Below are positions 1 to 8,755 of a stretch of 64,000 nucleotides of DNA, one piece after another. Position 1 is the first letter of the stretch. Every line of letters starts with the position of its first letter. Under the pieces are notes generated by a model. The model saw only the letters and a list, made by a program, of their open reading frames with translations. It searched no databases and had not been told where the DNA came from. Source of the DNA: Acidobacteriota bacterium (lineage in GTDB: Bacteria > Acidobacteriota > Thermoanaerobaculia > UBA5066); assembly GCA_036759345.1 (NCBI GenBank), contig DAIOUV010000001.1, positions 29,097-93,096 on the forward strand, read 5' to 3'. A program made the position numbers and the translations under genes.

Positions 1-413
1 CCTCCGTCCACAAGTTCGTCTGGGACGGCGCGCGCCACGTCTACACGATCGGGTTCCTGACGTTGCTCATCGTCGCGATGAGCCTGCGCCTCGTCCCCGC
101 CTTCACCGGCCGCGCGCTCGCGCGCCCACGGGAAGCGCGATTCGCGCTCGCGCTCGTGGGCGCGACGGCGGTCGTGCGCGCGATGCAGATCCCGGTCGCG
201 CTGGGTTGGGGCGGGCTGCCCCTCTACCGCCTCGTCGGCACGACCGGAATCTTCGCGACCGCGGGGCTCCTGCTCTGGGCCCACGTCCTCCTCGCGACGC
301 TCCGGCCGCGCTCCGCGCCAACCGCATCTCCGCCGCCGCGGCGTTCTATGCTCTCCCCGTGTCCGGAGCCGCCCTCCCCCACTTCGACGCCGTCCCGCTC
401 TTCCAGTGCCTGA
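1..413 (+). CDS. NnrS-like integral membrane protein, 5'-truncated by the window edge
   Basis: The frame is open from base 3 (SVHKFVWDGARHVYTIGFLTLLIVAMSLRLVPAF...). It has several hydrophobic helices and an RH-x-x-T-x-GF-x(7)-M-x-x-R-x-x-P pattern like NnrS-family C-terminal halves. It lies next to a CRP/FNR gene. Confidence 0.5.
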   Translation, partial: SVHKFVWDGARHVYTIGFLTLLIVAMSLRLVPAFTGRALARPREARFALALVGATAVVRAMQIPVALGWGGLPLYRLVGTTGIFATAGLLLWAHVLLATLRPRSAPTASPPPRRSMLSPCPEPPSPTSTPSRSSSA

Positions 414-1042
414 ACGCGGAGGAGCGGAAGCTCCTCGCCCCCGTCTCCCGGGTCGTCGTGTACGAGAAGGGCGAGGAGATTTTCCGCGAGGGGGAGCCCG
501 CGACCGACCTGTGCTTCGTCGTGATCGGCCGCGTGAAGATCGTCAAGACGACGTCGGAGCGCGACGTGATCCTCGGACTCTTCGGCATCGGCGAGCCGAT
601 CGGAGCCGTCGCGCTCTTCGAAGGCAAACGGTTTCCGGCCTCGGCCGTCGCCCTCGAGCCGTCCACGATCCTGCGTATTCCCGAGCGCGAGTTCTTCGCG
701 ACGATCGACGGCCATCCCGAAATGACGCGCCGGCTTCTTCAGGGGCTGATGCTGCGGCAGTTCGAGATCTCCCGGCGGCTCGCGGATCTGACGGGTTCGG
801 TCGAGAAGCGCATTGCGCGACTCCTTCTCATGCTGGCGGCACGCGTGGGCCACCGCGAGGGCGCGGGCGCCACGATTTCGCTCGCACTTTCCCGCCGGGA
901 CATCGCGGATCTCACGGCGACCACGGTCGAGTCCGCTATTCGCGTGATGAGCCGCTGGGGAAAGGAAAACGTCGTAATCACCGGCCCGGAGGGATTCTCG
1001 ATTCCCGACCTTCAGGCTCTCGAGGCCGTGACCAAAGACTGA
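359..1042 (+). CDS. CRP/FNR-family transcriptional regulator (Dnr/NnrR-like, no FNR Cys cluster)
   Basis: cNMP-binding domain (YEKGEEIFREGEPA...GEPIGAVALF) plus C-terminal HTH (LSRRDIADLTATTVESAIRVMSRW). GTG at 359 chosen as start within ORF 206..1042. Confidence 0.9.
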   Translation: MSGAALPHFDAVPLFQCLNAEERKLLAPVSRVVVYEKGEEIFREGEPATDLCFVVIGRVKIVKTTSERDVILGLFGIGEPIGAVALFEGKRFPASAVALEPSTILRIPEREFFATIDGHPEMTRRLLQGLMLRQFEISRRLADLTGSVEKRIARLLLMLAARVGHREGAGATISLALSRRDIADLTATTVESAIRVMSRWGKENVVITGPEGFSIPDLQALEAVTKD

Positions 1043-1076
1043 TCCCAGGTTCCTAAAAGAGGCCGGTCTCCCGCGC

Positions 1077-1508
1077 TTGACGGCGCGACGGGCCTCCCGT
1101 ACCTTGTTTCCGGTGAAGAGTCCCGCGAAAGCCGCTCCTTCGGTCCTCGTCGTCGTGACGTCCGTAGGCACCGAGCAGCAGGCCCTCGACATCGCCCATC
1201 ACCTCGTCGAAAGCCAGCTCGCGGCGTGCGTCAACATCCTGCCGGGCGTGAGGTCGGTCTTCCGATGGAAGGGTAAGGTCCAGCACGAGGGCGAGTTCCT
1301 CCTCATGGCCAAGACTGTTCCCGAGAATTTCGAGCGTGTGCGGGACGTGATGAAGGAGCTCAACGTCTACGAACTGCCCGAAATCCTCGGCTTTCTCGCC
1401 GACCACGCGGATCCCGCCTTCGTGAAATGGGTGGCGGAAAACGCGACGGGAATACGGAATCCGTCGGACGACGAAGAGGATGAACCCGGAGAAGCGACGA
1501 TCGATTGA
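1077..1508 (+). CDS. cutA: Divalent-cation tolerance protein CutA with acidic C-terminal tail
   Basis: LVESQLAACVNILPGVRSVFRWKGKVQHEGE...YELPEI motifs. Confidence 0.9.
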   Translation: MTARRASRTLFPVKSPAKAAPSVLVVVTSVGTEQQALDIAHHLVESQLAACVNILPGVRSVFRWKGKVQHEGEFLLMAKTVPENFERVRDVMKELNVYELPEILGFLADHADPAFVKWVAENATGIRNPSDDEEDEPGEATID

Positions 1509-1541
1509 CACTTCCGTCCGGGCCCGACGAATCGCGGTGAA

Positions 1542-2738
1542 TCACACCGCGGTGAGGGCGTTCGCGAGATCCTGGAGGATGTCCTCGAGGTCCTCGATGC
1601 CGACCGACACCCTGACGAGGCCGGGCGTGATGCCGCGCCGAAGGCGCTCCTCGGGTTCGACGCTCGCGTGCGTCATCGAAGCGGGGTGCGAGATGAGGCT
1701 CTCTACACCGCCCAGCGACTCGCCGAGCGCGCACACGACGACGCGGTCGAGGAAGCGCTTCACGGCCTCGATCGACCCGAGGTCGAACGAAATCATGCCG
1801 CCGAAACCGGACATCTGGCGCGCCGCGACGGCGTGGCCGGGGTGCGAAGACAGGCCCGGATAGAACACCTTTCTCACCTTCGGCTGCTCCGTGAGCCACG
1901 CCGCCACCGCGCGGCCGTTCGCATCGTGGGCGCGCATGCGCACGGGAAGGGTCTTGATGCCCCGCGAGACGAGGAAGGAATCGAACGGCGACAGGATCGC
2001 GCCCGCCGCGTTCTGCGTGAAGCCGATCTTCGCGCCGTCCTCCGCGTCCGCGCAGATCACCGCGCCGCCCACCGAATCCGAGTGGCCGTTCAGGTACTTC
2101 GTCGTGGAGTGCACGACGATGTCGCACCCGAGGGCGAGAGGTTTCTGGAAGTACGGCGTCGCGAACGTGTTGTCGACGACGACGCGGATCTTCGCGCCGA
2201 TCCTCTTTCCTTCGGAGAGTGCGACGCCTGCGAGCGCCCGAAGGTCGGAGATCTCCATCGTGGGATTCGTGGGCGTCTCGACGAACAGCATCCGCGTCGC
2301 GGGAGTCACGGCCGCGCGCACGGTCTCCGGGTCCGTCGTATCGACGTATGCGAACGTGACGCCGAAATTCGCGAGAACCTTCGAGAAGAAGCGATACGTG
2401 CCGCCATACGTGTTGCGGCTCACGAGAACGTGGTCGCCCGCCTTCACGAAGCTCAGCATGAGCGTCGTCTCGGCCGCCATGCCCGACGCGAACGCGTGCG
2501 CGGTGGCCGAACCGCCCGCGCCGCCTTCGAGCGCGGCGAGCTGCTTTTCGAGGGCGAGGCGCGTGGGATTCTTCGTGCGGGCGTATTCGTAACCCTGGCG
2601 CGGCTTTCCGAAGGCCTCCTGGACGAACGTGGAGGTCTGGAAGATCGGGACCGTCACCGCGCCGGTGACGGGCTCGGGCTCCTGCCCCGCGTGGATGCAC
2701 GTCGTCGCGAATCCGGGAGTCTTCGACTTCGTCGTCAT
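1542..2738 (-). CDS. PLP-dependent cystathionine gamma-lyase/synthase family (MetB/MccB-like)
   Basis: YARTKNPT, DNTFATP and HSTTKYLNGHSD (PLP lysine) motifs, plus SLGGVESL. Confidence 0.93.
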   Translation of the reverse strand: MTTKSKTPGFATTCIHAGQEPEPVTGAVTVPIFQTSTFVQEAFGKPRQGYEYARTKNPTRLALEKQLAALEGGAGGSATAHAFASGMAAETTLMLSFVKAGDHVLVSRNTYGGTYRFFSKVLANFGVTFAYVDTTDPETVRAAVTPATRMLFVETPTNPTMEISDLRALAGVALSEGKRIGAKIRVVVDNTFATPYFQKPLALGCDIVVHSTTKYLNGHSDSVGGAVICADAEDGAKIGFTQNAAGAILSPFDSFLVSRGIKTLPVRMRAHDANGRAVAAWLTEQPKVRKVFYPGLSSHPGHAVAARQMSGFGGMISFDLGSIEAVKRFLDRVVVCALGESLGGVESLISHPASMTHASVEPEERLRRGITPGLVRVSVGIEDLEDILQDLANALTAV

Positions 2739-3673
2739 CCCAGAATTCCCTGGCTCATGTAGCGCTCGGCGCCGTCCGGGATGAGGGTCACGACGCGCTT
2801 GCCGGGGCCCAGCCGTCGCGCGAGCTTTCGGGCAGCGGCCACGTTGCAGCCCGCGGAACCGCCTCCGAGAAGGCCCTCAGTCCGCGCGAGCTCGCGCACG
2901 GCCGCGAAAGCCTCCTCGTCGTCGATCGCGATCACCTCGTCGACCAGCCCGGGATCCCAGATCTCCGGAAAAAACGACTGGCCGATGCCTTCGACCTTGT
3001 GCGGACCGGCCTTCCCGCCTCCGAGGATCGAACCCTGCGTCTCGACGACGACCTTGAGGAGGTTCGGCAGGCGCTCTCGGAGAAAGCGCGCGACGCCGAC
3101 GAACGTCCCGGTCGAGCCCGCTCCGATCGCGATCGCATCGAGCCTGCCACCGCATTGCTCGAAGATCTCGGGGCCGGTCGTGTCGTAGTGCACGCGCGGA
3201 TTCGACGGGTTCGAGAACTGCTGGGGGACGTACGCGCCCGGGATCTCCGCCGCGAGGGCGTGCGCCTTTTCGATGGCGCCCTGCATCCCGAGGGCATCGG
3301 GCGTTCTCACGACGGTCCCGCCGAGCGCCGCCATGACCTTCTGTTTCTCGATCGAGAATTTCTCCGGCACGCAGAGGATCACGCGATAGCCGCGCGCGAC
3401 GCCCACGAGCGCGAGAGCGACCCCCGTGTTCCCCGCCGTCGGCTCGATGATGGTTCCTCCCGGTTTCAGGAAGCCCTTCTCTTCCGCGTCGCGGATCATT
3501 CCGACGCCGATGCGGTCCTTCACTGAGCCGCCGGGGTTCAGGAACTCGCACTTGGCGAGGATTTCGGCCGCCCCGCTCCCGGCGAAACGCGTGAGCCGGA
3601 CCATCGGCGTATTTCCGACGAGATCCAGCGCGGAATCGGCGACGACGAGCGGACGGGCAGCGACGACACTCAT
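2735..3673 (-). CDS. Cysteine synthase / O-acetylserine-dependent cystathionine beta-synthase family (CysK/MccA-like)
   Basis: KCEFLNPGGSVKDR, EPTAGNTG and GAGSTGT motifs. 4-nt overlap with the downstream lyase gives an mccAB-like pair. Confidence 0.92.
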   Translation of the reverse strand: MSVVAARPLVVADSALDLVGNTPMVRLTRFAGSGAAEILAKCEFLNPGGSVKDRIGVGMIRDAEEKGFLKPGGTIIEPTAGNTGVALALVGVARGYRVILCVPEKFSIEKQKVMAALGGTVVRTPDALGMQGAIEKAHALAAEIPGAYVPQQFSNPSNPRVHYDTTGPEIFEQCGGRLDAIAIGAGSTGTFVGVARFLRERLPNLLKVVVETQGSILGGGKAGPHKVEGIGQSFFPEIWDPGLVDEVIAIDDEEAFAAVRELARTEGLLGGGSAGCNVAAARKLARRLGPGKRVVTLIPDGAERYMSQGILG

Positions 3674-3754
3674 TTCGGAAAGGACTTTAGCAGCGCGCGC
3701 GGCGCGCGCTGAAATCCGGGGGAAAAGATCCCTGATCTTTCCCCCCGTACCCCG

Positions 3755-4042
3755 CTATCGAGCCGGGCGCCGGTCGCGGTAGCAGTCGCGGCAGTAAACG
3801 GGCTTGCCGTTCGTGGGGTTGAACGGCACCTGCGTCGTCTTGCCGCACGCGTCGCACGTCACGTTGTAGAGCTGGCGCGCGCCGCCGTCGCCGAAGCCGC
3901 CGGTCTTGCGCTTGTCGCGGCAGTTCTTGCAGCGCTTGGGCTCGTTCGAGAAGCCCTTCTGGGCGTAGAACTCCTGCTCGTTCGCCGTGAAGGTGAACGG
4001 AGTGCTGCAGTCGATACAGGGGATGGTCTTGTCCGTATACAT
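3755..4042 (-). CDS. Small double zinc-ribbon protein (CxxC-x17-CxxC family)
   Basis: CIDC..EQEFYAQKGFSNEPKRCKNC and CDAC..VPFNPTNGKPVYCRDC motifs; GGAG RBS upstream. Confidence 0.9.
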   Translation of the reverse strand: MYTDKTIPCIDCSTPFTFTANEQEFYAQKGFSNEPKRCKNCRDKRKTGGFGDGGARQLYNVTCDACGKTTQVPFNPTNGKPVYCRDCYRDRRPAR

Positions 4043-4057
4043 CAGAGCTCCAGAGAA

Positions 4058-4083
4058 GGTTTCCGATTCGGAATCGGAGAACC
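4058..4083 (-). promoter_or_regulatory. Stem-loop in the 5' leader of the zinc-ribbon gene
   Basis: Minus strand GGTT-C-TCCGATT-CCG-AATCGGA-AACC lies just upstream of the RBS. Confidence 0.45.
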
Positions 4084-4224
4084 GTGGGGAAATCGCGGGC
4101 GCAGTTCCAGAGGGAGCGGCGACCGCCGGGTTGGGGTGAGGGAAACCTTTACCGGCTCCGGGACTTCGGGAGGCTTCGGTGGGGCCGTTTCCCAGATGTG
4201 ACCCCTGGGGTTGGAAATAGGGGA

Positions 4225-4260
4225 GAACCTCCTTGACCAGAACCTTCCGGCCATGAACCT
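4225..4260. repeat. Three GAACCT direct repeats with exact 15-bp period
   Basis: GAACCT at 4225, 4240 and 4255. Confidence 0.6.
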
Positions 4261-4319
4261 CAGGGCCGGCGAAGACGTCGGGGAATGGACCACCGAACTC
4301 TCCGAGAGTTTATTCATCA

Positions 4320-4376
4320 ATGAGAAACAAGAACGCCTTCAAAAGCAAGAGGAAAGTTGGAGAGACTGTTTCTCAT
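4320..4376. repeat. Perfect 10-bp inverted repeat ATGAGAAACA-N37-TGTTTCTCAT
   Basis: Arms at 4320-4329 and 4367-4376 in an AT-rich intergenic patch. Confidence 0.55.
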
Positions 4377-4395
4377 CCGAACCGCACGCCGGCCT

Positions 4396-5058
4396 CTACT
4401 TTCGCGAGCTGCGCGGGACGTAGATCTGCGTCCCGCGGAACGGGCGCGTGATCTGCGCGATGAGATCTTCGAGGTCGCCCTTTTTCTCTACGAAATCGAT
4501 GTCGTTCGTCTCCACCACGAGGAGCGGGCAGTCCCGGAAGTGGTAGAAGAAGTAGCTGTAGGCCTCGACGACGGACTTCAGGTACTCGGGCGCGATCGCC
4601 TTCTCGTACGTCCGTCCGCGCTTCCTGATGCGCGAGACACATGTCTCGACGCTCGCGGTCAGGTGCACGACGAGGTCGGGCCGCGGGACGTTCGCGGCGA
4701 GCGTGGCGTAGAGCTTGTCGTAGAGCGCGATCTCGGGGTCGTTCAGCGTGAGGTACGCGAAAATCTTGTCCTTCGCGAACGTGTAGTCCGCGATGACAAG
4801 GTTCCTAAAGAGGTCGATCTGGGCGATCTCCTGCTGCTGGCGGTAGCGCGAGAGCAGGAAATAGATCTGCGCCTGGAACGCGGCGCCCTTCTTCCCCGCG
4901 TAGAAGTCCGCGAGGAACGGGTTCGCGACATCCTCGAGGATCTGCGTGCCGCTGAAGCGCTTCGCGAGGAGACCCACGAGCGAGGTCTTCCCGACGCCGA
5001 TCGGACCCTCGATCGCGATGTGGCGAAGCGGAAATTCCTTCGGGGTGGGCGCCGGCAC
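4396..5058 (-). CDS. Deoxynucleoside kinase (dCK/dGK family)
   Basis: IAIEGPIGVGKTS P-loop, FLADFYA, QIYFLLSRY and RIRKRGR lid. Confidence 0.92.
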   Translation of the reverse strand: MPAPTPKEFPLRHIAIEGPIGVGKTSLVGLLAKRFSGTQILEDVANPFLADFYAGKKGAAFQAQIYFLLSRYRQQQEIAQIDLFRNLVIADYTFAKDKIFAYLTLNDPEIALYDKLYATLAANVPRPDLVVHLTASVETCVSRIRKRGRTYEKAIAPEYLKSVVEAYSYFFYHFRDCPLLVVETNDIDFVEKKGDLEDLIAQITRPFRGTQIYVPRSSRK

Positions 5059-5070
5059 GAGGCGGCGAGT

Positions 5071-5916
5071 TTAGCGCCTGAGGAGAACGTCGAGAGCGCC
5101 GCAGAGGAAGACGGCCACGGACAGCCAGCCGTTCGCGGTGAAGAACGCGCCATTCACACGCGAGAGGTCCTTCGGGGACACGAGGGCGTGCTGCCGCACG
5201 AGGAAGATCCCCGCCAGGACGACGCCCGCGCCGAAGAGCGGCCCGCCTCCCGAAAGGACGAAGACGCCGTACAGGAGCGCGAGCGACACCGCGTGGAAGA
5301 TCGTCGAGAGATCGAGCGCGCGGCGGGCGCCGAGGCGCGCCGGCAGCGAGAAAAGGCCATGCGCGCGGTCGAACGCCTCGTCCTGCAGGCTGTAGATCAC
5401 GTCGAAGCCCGCCACCCAGAACAGGACCGCAACGCCGAGCACGACCGGCGTCGCCGCGAACCGGCCCGTCACCGCGATCCACGCCCCGACGGGCGCGATC
5501 GCGAGGCTCAGTCCGAGCACGAGGTGGGAGAGAGCGCTCAGCCGCTTCGTGAAGGAGTAGCCGAGAACGATCGCGAGCGCGACGGGCGAGAGAGCGAAGC
5601 ACAGCGGATTCAGGAACCACGCCGCGGCGACGAACAGCGCCGCGGAGAGCGCGCAGAACGCGGCCGCCGCCGGCACCGACACGCGACCGGCCGGGATGTC
5701 GCGCGCCTGCGTGCGCGGATTCACGGCGTCGAGCGCGCGGTCGGCGATGCGGTTGAAAGCCATCGCGGCCGAGCGCGCACCGACCATTGCGACGAGGATC
5801 CAAAGGACCTTTCCGGCTTTCGGCACGCCGCCCGCGGCGAGCACCGCGGAGAGGAGGGCAAAGGGCAGCGCGAAGATTGTGTGCGAGAAGGTGACGAGGG
5901 AGAGAAATCGCGTCAC
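5071..5916 (-). CDS. UbiA-family prenyltransferase (MqnP-like)
   Basis: NRIADRALDAVNPRT and FDVIYSLQDEAFD Asp-rich motifs. The GTG start at 5916 overlaps the ubiX stop (GTGA). Confidence 0.88.
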   Translation of the reverse strand: MTRFLSLVTFSHTIFALPFALLSAVLAAGGVPKAGKVLWILVAMVGARSAAMAFNRIADRALDAVNPRTQARDIPAGRVSVPAAAAFCALSAALFVAAAWFLNPLCFALSPVALAIVLGYSFTKRLSALSHLVLGLSLAIAPVGAWIAVTGRFAATPVVLGVAVLFWVAGFDVIYSLQDEAFDRAHGLFSLPARLGARRALDLSTIFHAVSLALLYGVFVLSGGGPLFGAGVVLAGIFLVRQHALVSPKDLSRVNGAFFTANGWLSVAVFLCGALDVLLRR

Positions 5917-6527
5917 GCTCCGCCCTTCCAGCGAAAGTCGTCCGTGTCGACGCGAATGTCGAAGAGGTCCGCGACCCTGAGGAGGTACGCGTCGAGCATC
6001 TGCTCCGCCGTGCGCGCCGCGTAGAACGCCGGAACGGGAGGCGCGACGATCGCGCCGGCGCGCGTCACGAGCGCGATGTTCTCGGCGTGGATCAGGGAAA
6101 GCGGCGTCTCGCGAAGGCCGAGGACGAGCCGGCGCCGCTCCTTCAGGCACACGTCGGCCGCGCGCTGCAGGAGGCCGCGCGACGTGCCATGCGCGATCGC
6201 CGCGAGGGAGCCCGCCGAACACGGCAGGACGGCCATCCCGCGCGTAAGAAACGAGCCCGACGAGATCGGGGCGTCCATCGCGCTCTCGGGGTACAGGGCG
6301 ATCTTCGCGCGCGTCGCCGGGTCGAGGCCCGCGGCGTCCACGAGCGCCGGGGCGGAGGTAATGCTCGCGTCGATCTCCGTGCGCGCCACGAGAAGCGCGC
6401 TCGGCGAGACGACGACGTGAAGACAGCCCACGTCCGGAGAGCCGGCGAAAAGCGAGAGGGCGCGCAGGCCGAGGCGCGCGCCGCTCGCGCCCGAAATGCC
6501 GAGGATGAGATGAGACGAGGGATTCAC
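5913..6527 (-). CDS. ubiX: Flavin prenyltransferase UbiX
   Basis: LGISGASGA, APISSGS, PCSAGSLAAIAHG, RAADVCLKERR and RETPL motifs. Confidence 0.92.
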   Translation of the reverse strand: MNPSSHLILGISGASGARLGLRALSLFAGSPDVGCLHVVVSPSALLVARTEIDASITSAPALVDAAGLDPATRAKIALYPESAMDAPISSGSFLTRGMAVLPCSAGSLAAIAHGTSRGLLQRAADVCLKERRRLVLGLRETPLSLIHAENIALVTRAGAIVAPPVPAFYAARTAEQMLDAYLLRVADLFDIRVDTDDFRWKGGA

Positions 6528-6583
6528 GAAGTCTCCTGCCGCTTTTGATTGTCCTACGGCGGAGGCCGCGGGCGGGATTGGGG

Positions 6584-6692
6584 TGTCAGCGCAGGTTGTC
6601 GGACCCCGACGTATTCGTGCGGAACCGGTAAGTGCTTCACGGGCAGAAAGCTACGACGCCCGAGGCCGGCGCACTGACAGGAGGCCCTGACA
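6584..6692. promoter_or_regulatory. Candidate enhancer sites: two 13-bp-spaced TGTC(A/G)G tandem pairs in inverted orientation
   Basis: TGTCAG at 6584 and TGTCGG at 6597; CTGACA at 6674 and 6687. Confidence 0.4.
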
Positions 6693-6770
6693 GTCCGCCA
6701 GGCGCCTCCCACCCCTCGTCCCTCGTGCAACTCCCGAAGTGCGAGCGGTTTGCGTTCTTTCGCGCGCATG

Positions 6771-6786
6771 GGGCACGAAACCTGCG
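6771..6786 (+). promoter_or_regulatory. Candidate sigma54 (-24/-12) promoter of comEA-fimT
   Basis: GGGCACG-AAAC-CTGC gives GG-N10-GC (GG 6772-6773, GC 6784-6785), close to the TGGCACG-N4-TTGC consensus. Confidence 0.5.
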
Positions 6787-6930
6787 ATGCAGTGCCGCGA
6801 AAGGAGACGAGGCAGACGAAATGAATGGCACGCGCACCCGGGCGCGCCCGGGAAGAAGCGGAAGGAACACACCCGAATCCCGGAATGTCCTGAATTCTCT
6901 CAACAACAACGAACTCGAAAGGAGTTTCCA

Positions 6931-7332
6931 ATGGCTCTGCGTCCGATCGTCCGCGCGCTCATCGTGCCCGTCCTCGGGCTCTCGCTCTCCGGTCTCGCGT
7001 CACACCCCGCCGTCGCCGAGGGCAACGTCGCCGCGCCTCACAAGACCGTCAACATCAACCAGGCGGCCTCGGCCGAGCTCGCGCGCCTGCCGCGCGTCGG
7101 CCCGAAGCTCGCCGACCGGATCGTCGCGCATCGCGCCCAGCACGGTCCGTTCCGCCGTATCGAGGACCTCATGGAGGTCAAAGGCGTGGGCGAGAAGTTC
7201 TTCACGCCCCTGAAGCCCTACCTCACGGTGAGCGGCCCCACGACCCTCGCCGAAAAGGTCTCGTCGAAGGGGACGCGCGGTCCCTCGCGGGCGACGAAGA
7301 AGTCCTCCGGCGCGAAGAAGGCGAAGGCCTGA
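6931..7332 (+). CDS. comEA: ComEA-family helix-hairpin-helix DNA-binding protein
   Basis: Signal peptide, VNINQAASAELARLPRVGPKLADRIVAHR..GPFRRIEDLMEVKGVG (two HhH), Lys-rich tail; AAGGAG RBS. Confidence 0.9.
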   Translation: MALRPIVRALIVPVLGLSLSGLASHPAVAEGNVAAPHKTVNINQAASAELARLPRVGPKLADRIVAHRAQHGPFRRIEDLMEVKGVGEKFFTPLKPYLTVSGPTTLAEKVSSKGTRGPSRATKKSSGAKKAKA

Positions 7333-7410
7333 AGAGGCCTGACGGAGAAGGGCGGCCTCTGGCGGGTCTCCGCCGGGCCGCCCCCTTCGTCCTCGTGGAA
7401 AAAGCCGATC

Positions 7411-7995
7411 ATGCGTGGCACATCCCTTCCCGAACTCCTCGTCGTCCTCCTGATTCTCGGCCTCGTCTTCGCCCTCAGCGTTCCCGCCCTCAGCGACTTG
7501 CTCGCCGAGGAGGGTCTTCAGACGGCCGCCCGCGAGGTCTCCGCCATCCTGACCACGGCGCGCGCGCGCGCCGTCTTCCAGGGCACCGAGGTGGGGGTGA
7601 AGTGGATCTCCTCGGGCGGAGATCTCGTGCTCTCCGTCTATCAGGACGGAAACGGCAACGGCGTCACGACGGCCGACATCAAGAAAGGTGTCGACCGCCT
7701 CGTTGCGGGGCCTTACTGGCTGCGCGGAAAGTACCCCGGCATCTCGTTCTCCTTCGTGCCCGGCTTCGACGACCTCGACCCGGGCGGCGCGCCGATCGGC
7801 CCGCTCACGGATCCGCTCCGCTTCGGCCGTTCGGACATCTGCTCGTTTTCGCCTCTCGGCAAGGCTTCGCCGGGCTCCGTCTATCTCTCGAACAGGAAAC
7901 GCCGCCAGGCGGCCGTCCGCGTCACGCCCGCGAACGCGAAGATCCAGATCTTCACCTGGCACGGCAAGTCCTTGAAGTGGATCAAGAGATGGTGA
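7411..7995 (+). CDS. Type IV pilin-like / pseudopilin (FimT/GspH-like)
   Basis: Prepilin site MRG|TSLPE (Glu at +5) followed by a hydrophobic helix and AAREVSAILTTARARAV. Confidence 0.8.
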   Translation: MRGTSLPELLVVLLILGLVFALSVPALSDLLAEEGLQTAAREVSAILTTARARAVFQGTEVGVKWISSGGDLVLSVYQDGNGNGVTTADIKKGVDRLVAGPYWLRGKYPGISFSFVPGFDDLDPGGAPIGPLTDPLRFGRSDICSFSPLGKASPGSVYLSNRKRRQAAVRVTPANAKIQIFTWHGKSLKWIKRW

Positions 7996-8000
7996 CGGTC

Positions 8001-8723
8001 TCAGTGGGCGGCAAGCGCGGCTTCGGCTGCGGCGAGCCGGTCGCGCGTCCCGAGATCGAACCAGAAGCCGTCAGCGGGCGTCCGGTATGGGACGAGCGCG
8101 AACGCACCGTCCTGAGAGCGGGCGGACGGCGCGAGGACGTCCCTCGCGAGCTCGCTGAAACCCGCGGGAACGCGCAAGGCGAGCGCGGGTGTCGCGGCCT
8201 GGAGCCCCGTGAAGAGCCACGGCCCCGTGGCGTCCTCCCTCGGGCGCTCGCCACCGACGGCGACGAGCCTTCCTTTCGCGTCAGCCCAGAGGGGCGTGTC
8301 GACGGAAGGATTCCCGTTGGGGAGAACGGCGAGCGCCGACACGACGCCGGGCTCGTGGCGCGCCGCGAGGAGGCGCCCGAGAGGGAGCGTCGTCGCGACG
8401 TCGCCGTTCGCGACGAGGAACGCCCCGTTCCCGAGGAGGCCGCGCTCGTGCGCGCGCCGGATGCCGCCCGCCGTTCCCAAAATCTCCTCCTCGACGGACC
8501 ATGCGACGGGGACGCCCGCGTACGACTCCCCGACGGCGCCGCGCAGCTCCTCCGCGAGATGGTGCGCGTTCACGACGAAGGCGTCCGCGCCCTCCCCGAG
8601 GAGATGGTCGAAAACGTGGAAGAGGATTGGCCGGCCGCCGAGCGGGAGGAGGGATTTTGGCCGTGTGAGTGTTTCGGGCCGGAAGCGCGTGCCGAAACCG
8701 GCCGCGAGGACGAAGACGATCAT
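8001..8723 (-). CDS. NDP-sugar synthase / nucleotidyltransferase (MurU/GMPP-like)
   Basis: [33 protein letters not shown] and WFDLGT motifs. Confidence 0.88.
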   Translation of the reverse strand: MIVFVLAAGFGTRFRPETLTRPKSLLPLGGRPILFHVFDHLLGEGADAFVVNAHHLAEELRGAVGESYAGVPVAWSVEEEILGTAGGIRRAHERGLLGNGAFLVANGDVATTLPLGRLLAARHEPGVVSALAVLPNGNPSVDTPLWADAKGRLVAVGGERPREDATGPWLFTGLQAATPALALRVPAGFSELARDVLAPSARSQDGAFALVPYRTPADGFWFDLGTRDRLAAAEAALAAH

Positions 8724-8755
8724 CCGGCCTGAAGGATAGCGTCAGAATACGAGTC

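Noticed and set aside
4225-4260. LexA box (GTTC direct repeats)
   Set aside because: The GTTC-N7-GTTC type has an 11-bp period; these repeats have a 15-bp period.
4042-4423. ORFs 4042..4320 and 4211..4423
   Set aside because: No recognisable motifs or RBS, and atypical composition. The region is better explained as promoter/leader.
6823-6842. Second TGGCACG upstream of comEA
   Set aside because: There is no GC at the -12 position, so it is not a sigma54 promoter.
7345-7390. GC-rich hairpin between comEA and the pilin gene
   Set aside because: It has no U-tract, so it was not called a terminator. It may be an mRNA-stabilising stem.
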